DNA from: Octopus sinensis
Lineage: Eukaryota
Length of the DNA: 64,000 nt
Assembly: GCF_006345805.1 (NCBI RefSeq)
Contig: NC_042997.1
Coordinates: forward strand, 183,582,001-183,646,000
Reading direction: 5' to 3'
The position numbers and the translations under genes are program-made. This document shows positions 63,744 through 64,000 of this stretch, piece after piece (position 1 is the stretch's first letter; every line of letters starts with the position of its first letter). The notes under the pieces were generated by a model, which made no database searches, was not told the DNA's origin, and saw nothing but the letters and a program-made list of their open reading frames with translations.

Positions 63744-64000
63744 GGATCTTTTCGGTTTGAACGGCAGTTTTTTCTAGCGGTGTCATATGAAATTGTTACC
63801 CATAATTATGACCCTAGTATCGATCTATTGCATTTCAATCTGTTTTAGGGTTAGGGTTAGTTAGAGTTAGGGTTAGGGGTGGGGGGAAGGGTATCTTTTT
63901 TCTTCACAAATGTAAATAAACCCAATCTGTTTCTTAAACGAGGGACATATTCATACGGCACAAAATGTGGTTTTTTTTACCTCAATAGACGTCATTGATT
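63744..64000 (-). mobile_element. Second copy of the telomere-repeat TIR element (runs off the window)
   Basis: Same GGATCTTTTC..TTTGAACGGCA terminus at the other end of the element, (TTAGGG)n, and a high-identity match to ~28780-29035. Confidence 0.75.

Overview
This is AT-rich, repeat-dense eukaryotic DNA. The tRNA-derived SINE families, microsatellite load, TTAGGG-type repeats and transposon mix suggest an octopod cephalopod, which is an inference from pattern recognition and not from a search. Only one convincing host coding region is present: a divergent TSSK-like Ser/Thr kinase on the minus strand (44610-45558, with a candidate upstream coding exon at 45917-45939). Most listed ORFs are microsatellite or SINE artefacts. 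The DNA transposons are a Merlin/IS1595-like transposase relic, a full-length Tc3-like DD34E element, a full-length irritans-type mariner, deleted mariners, a Chapaev3-like relic and several MITEs, including one family carrying (CCCTAA)n. The retroelements are a solo LTR with a TSD, an RTE LINE, R4/Dong-like LINE 3' ends abutting microsatellites, Penelope-like (PLE) RT/GIY-YIG relics and many SINE copies. The most notable signal is a set of minimal type-I hammerhead ribozyme motifs. The clearest case is a palindromic element at 32649-33157 that joins a tRNA-like Pol III head, an (AAT)n/(AAC)n spacer and a hammerhead-bearing tail, a candidate SINE mobilised by Penelope-like machinery.
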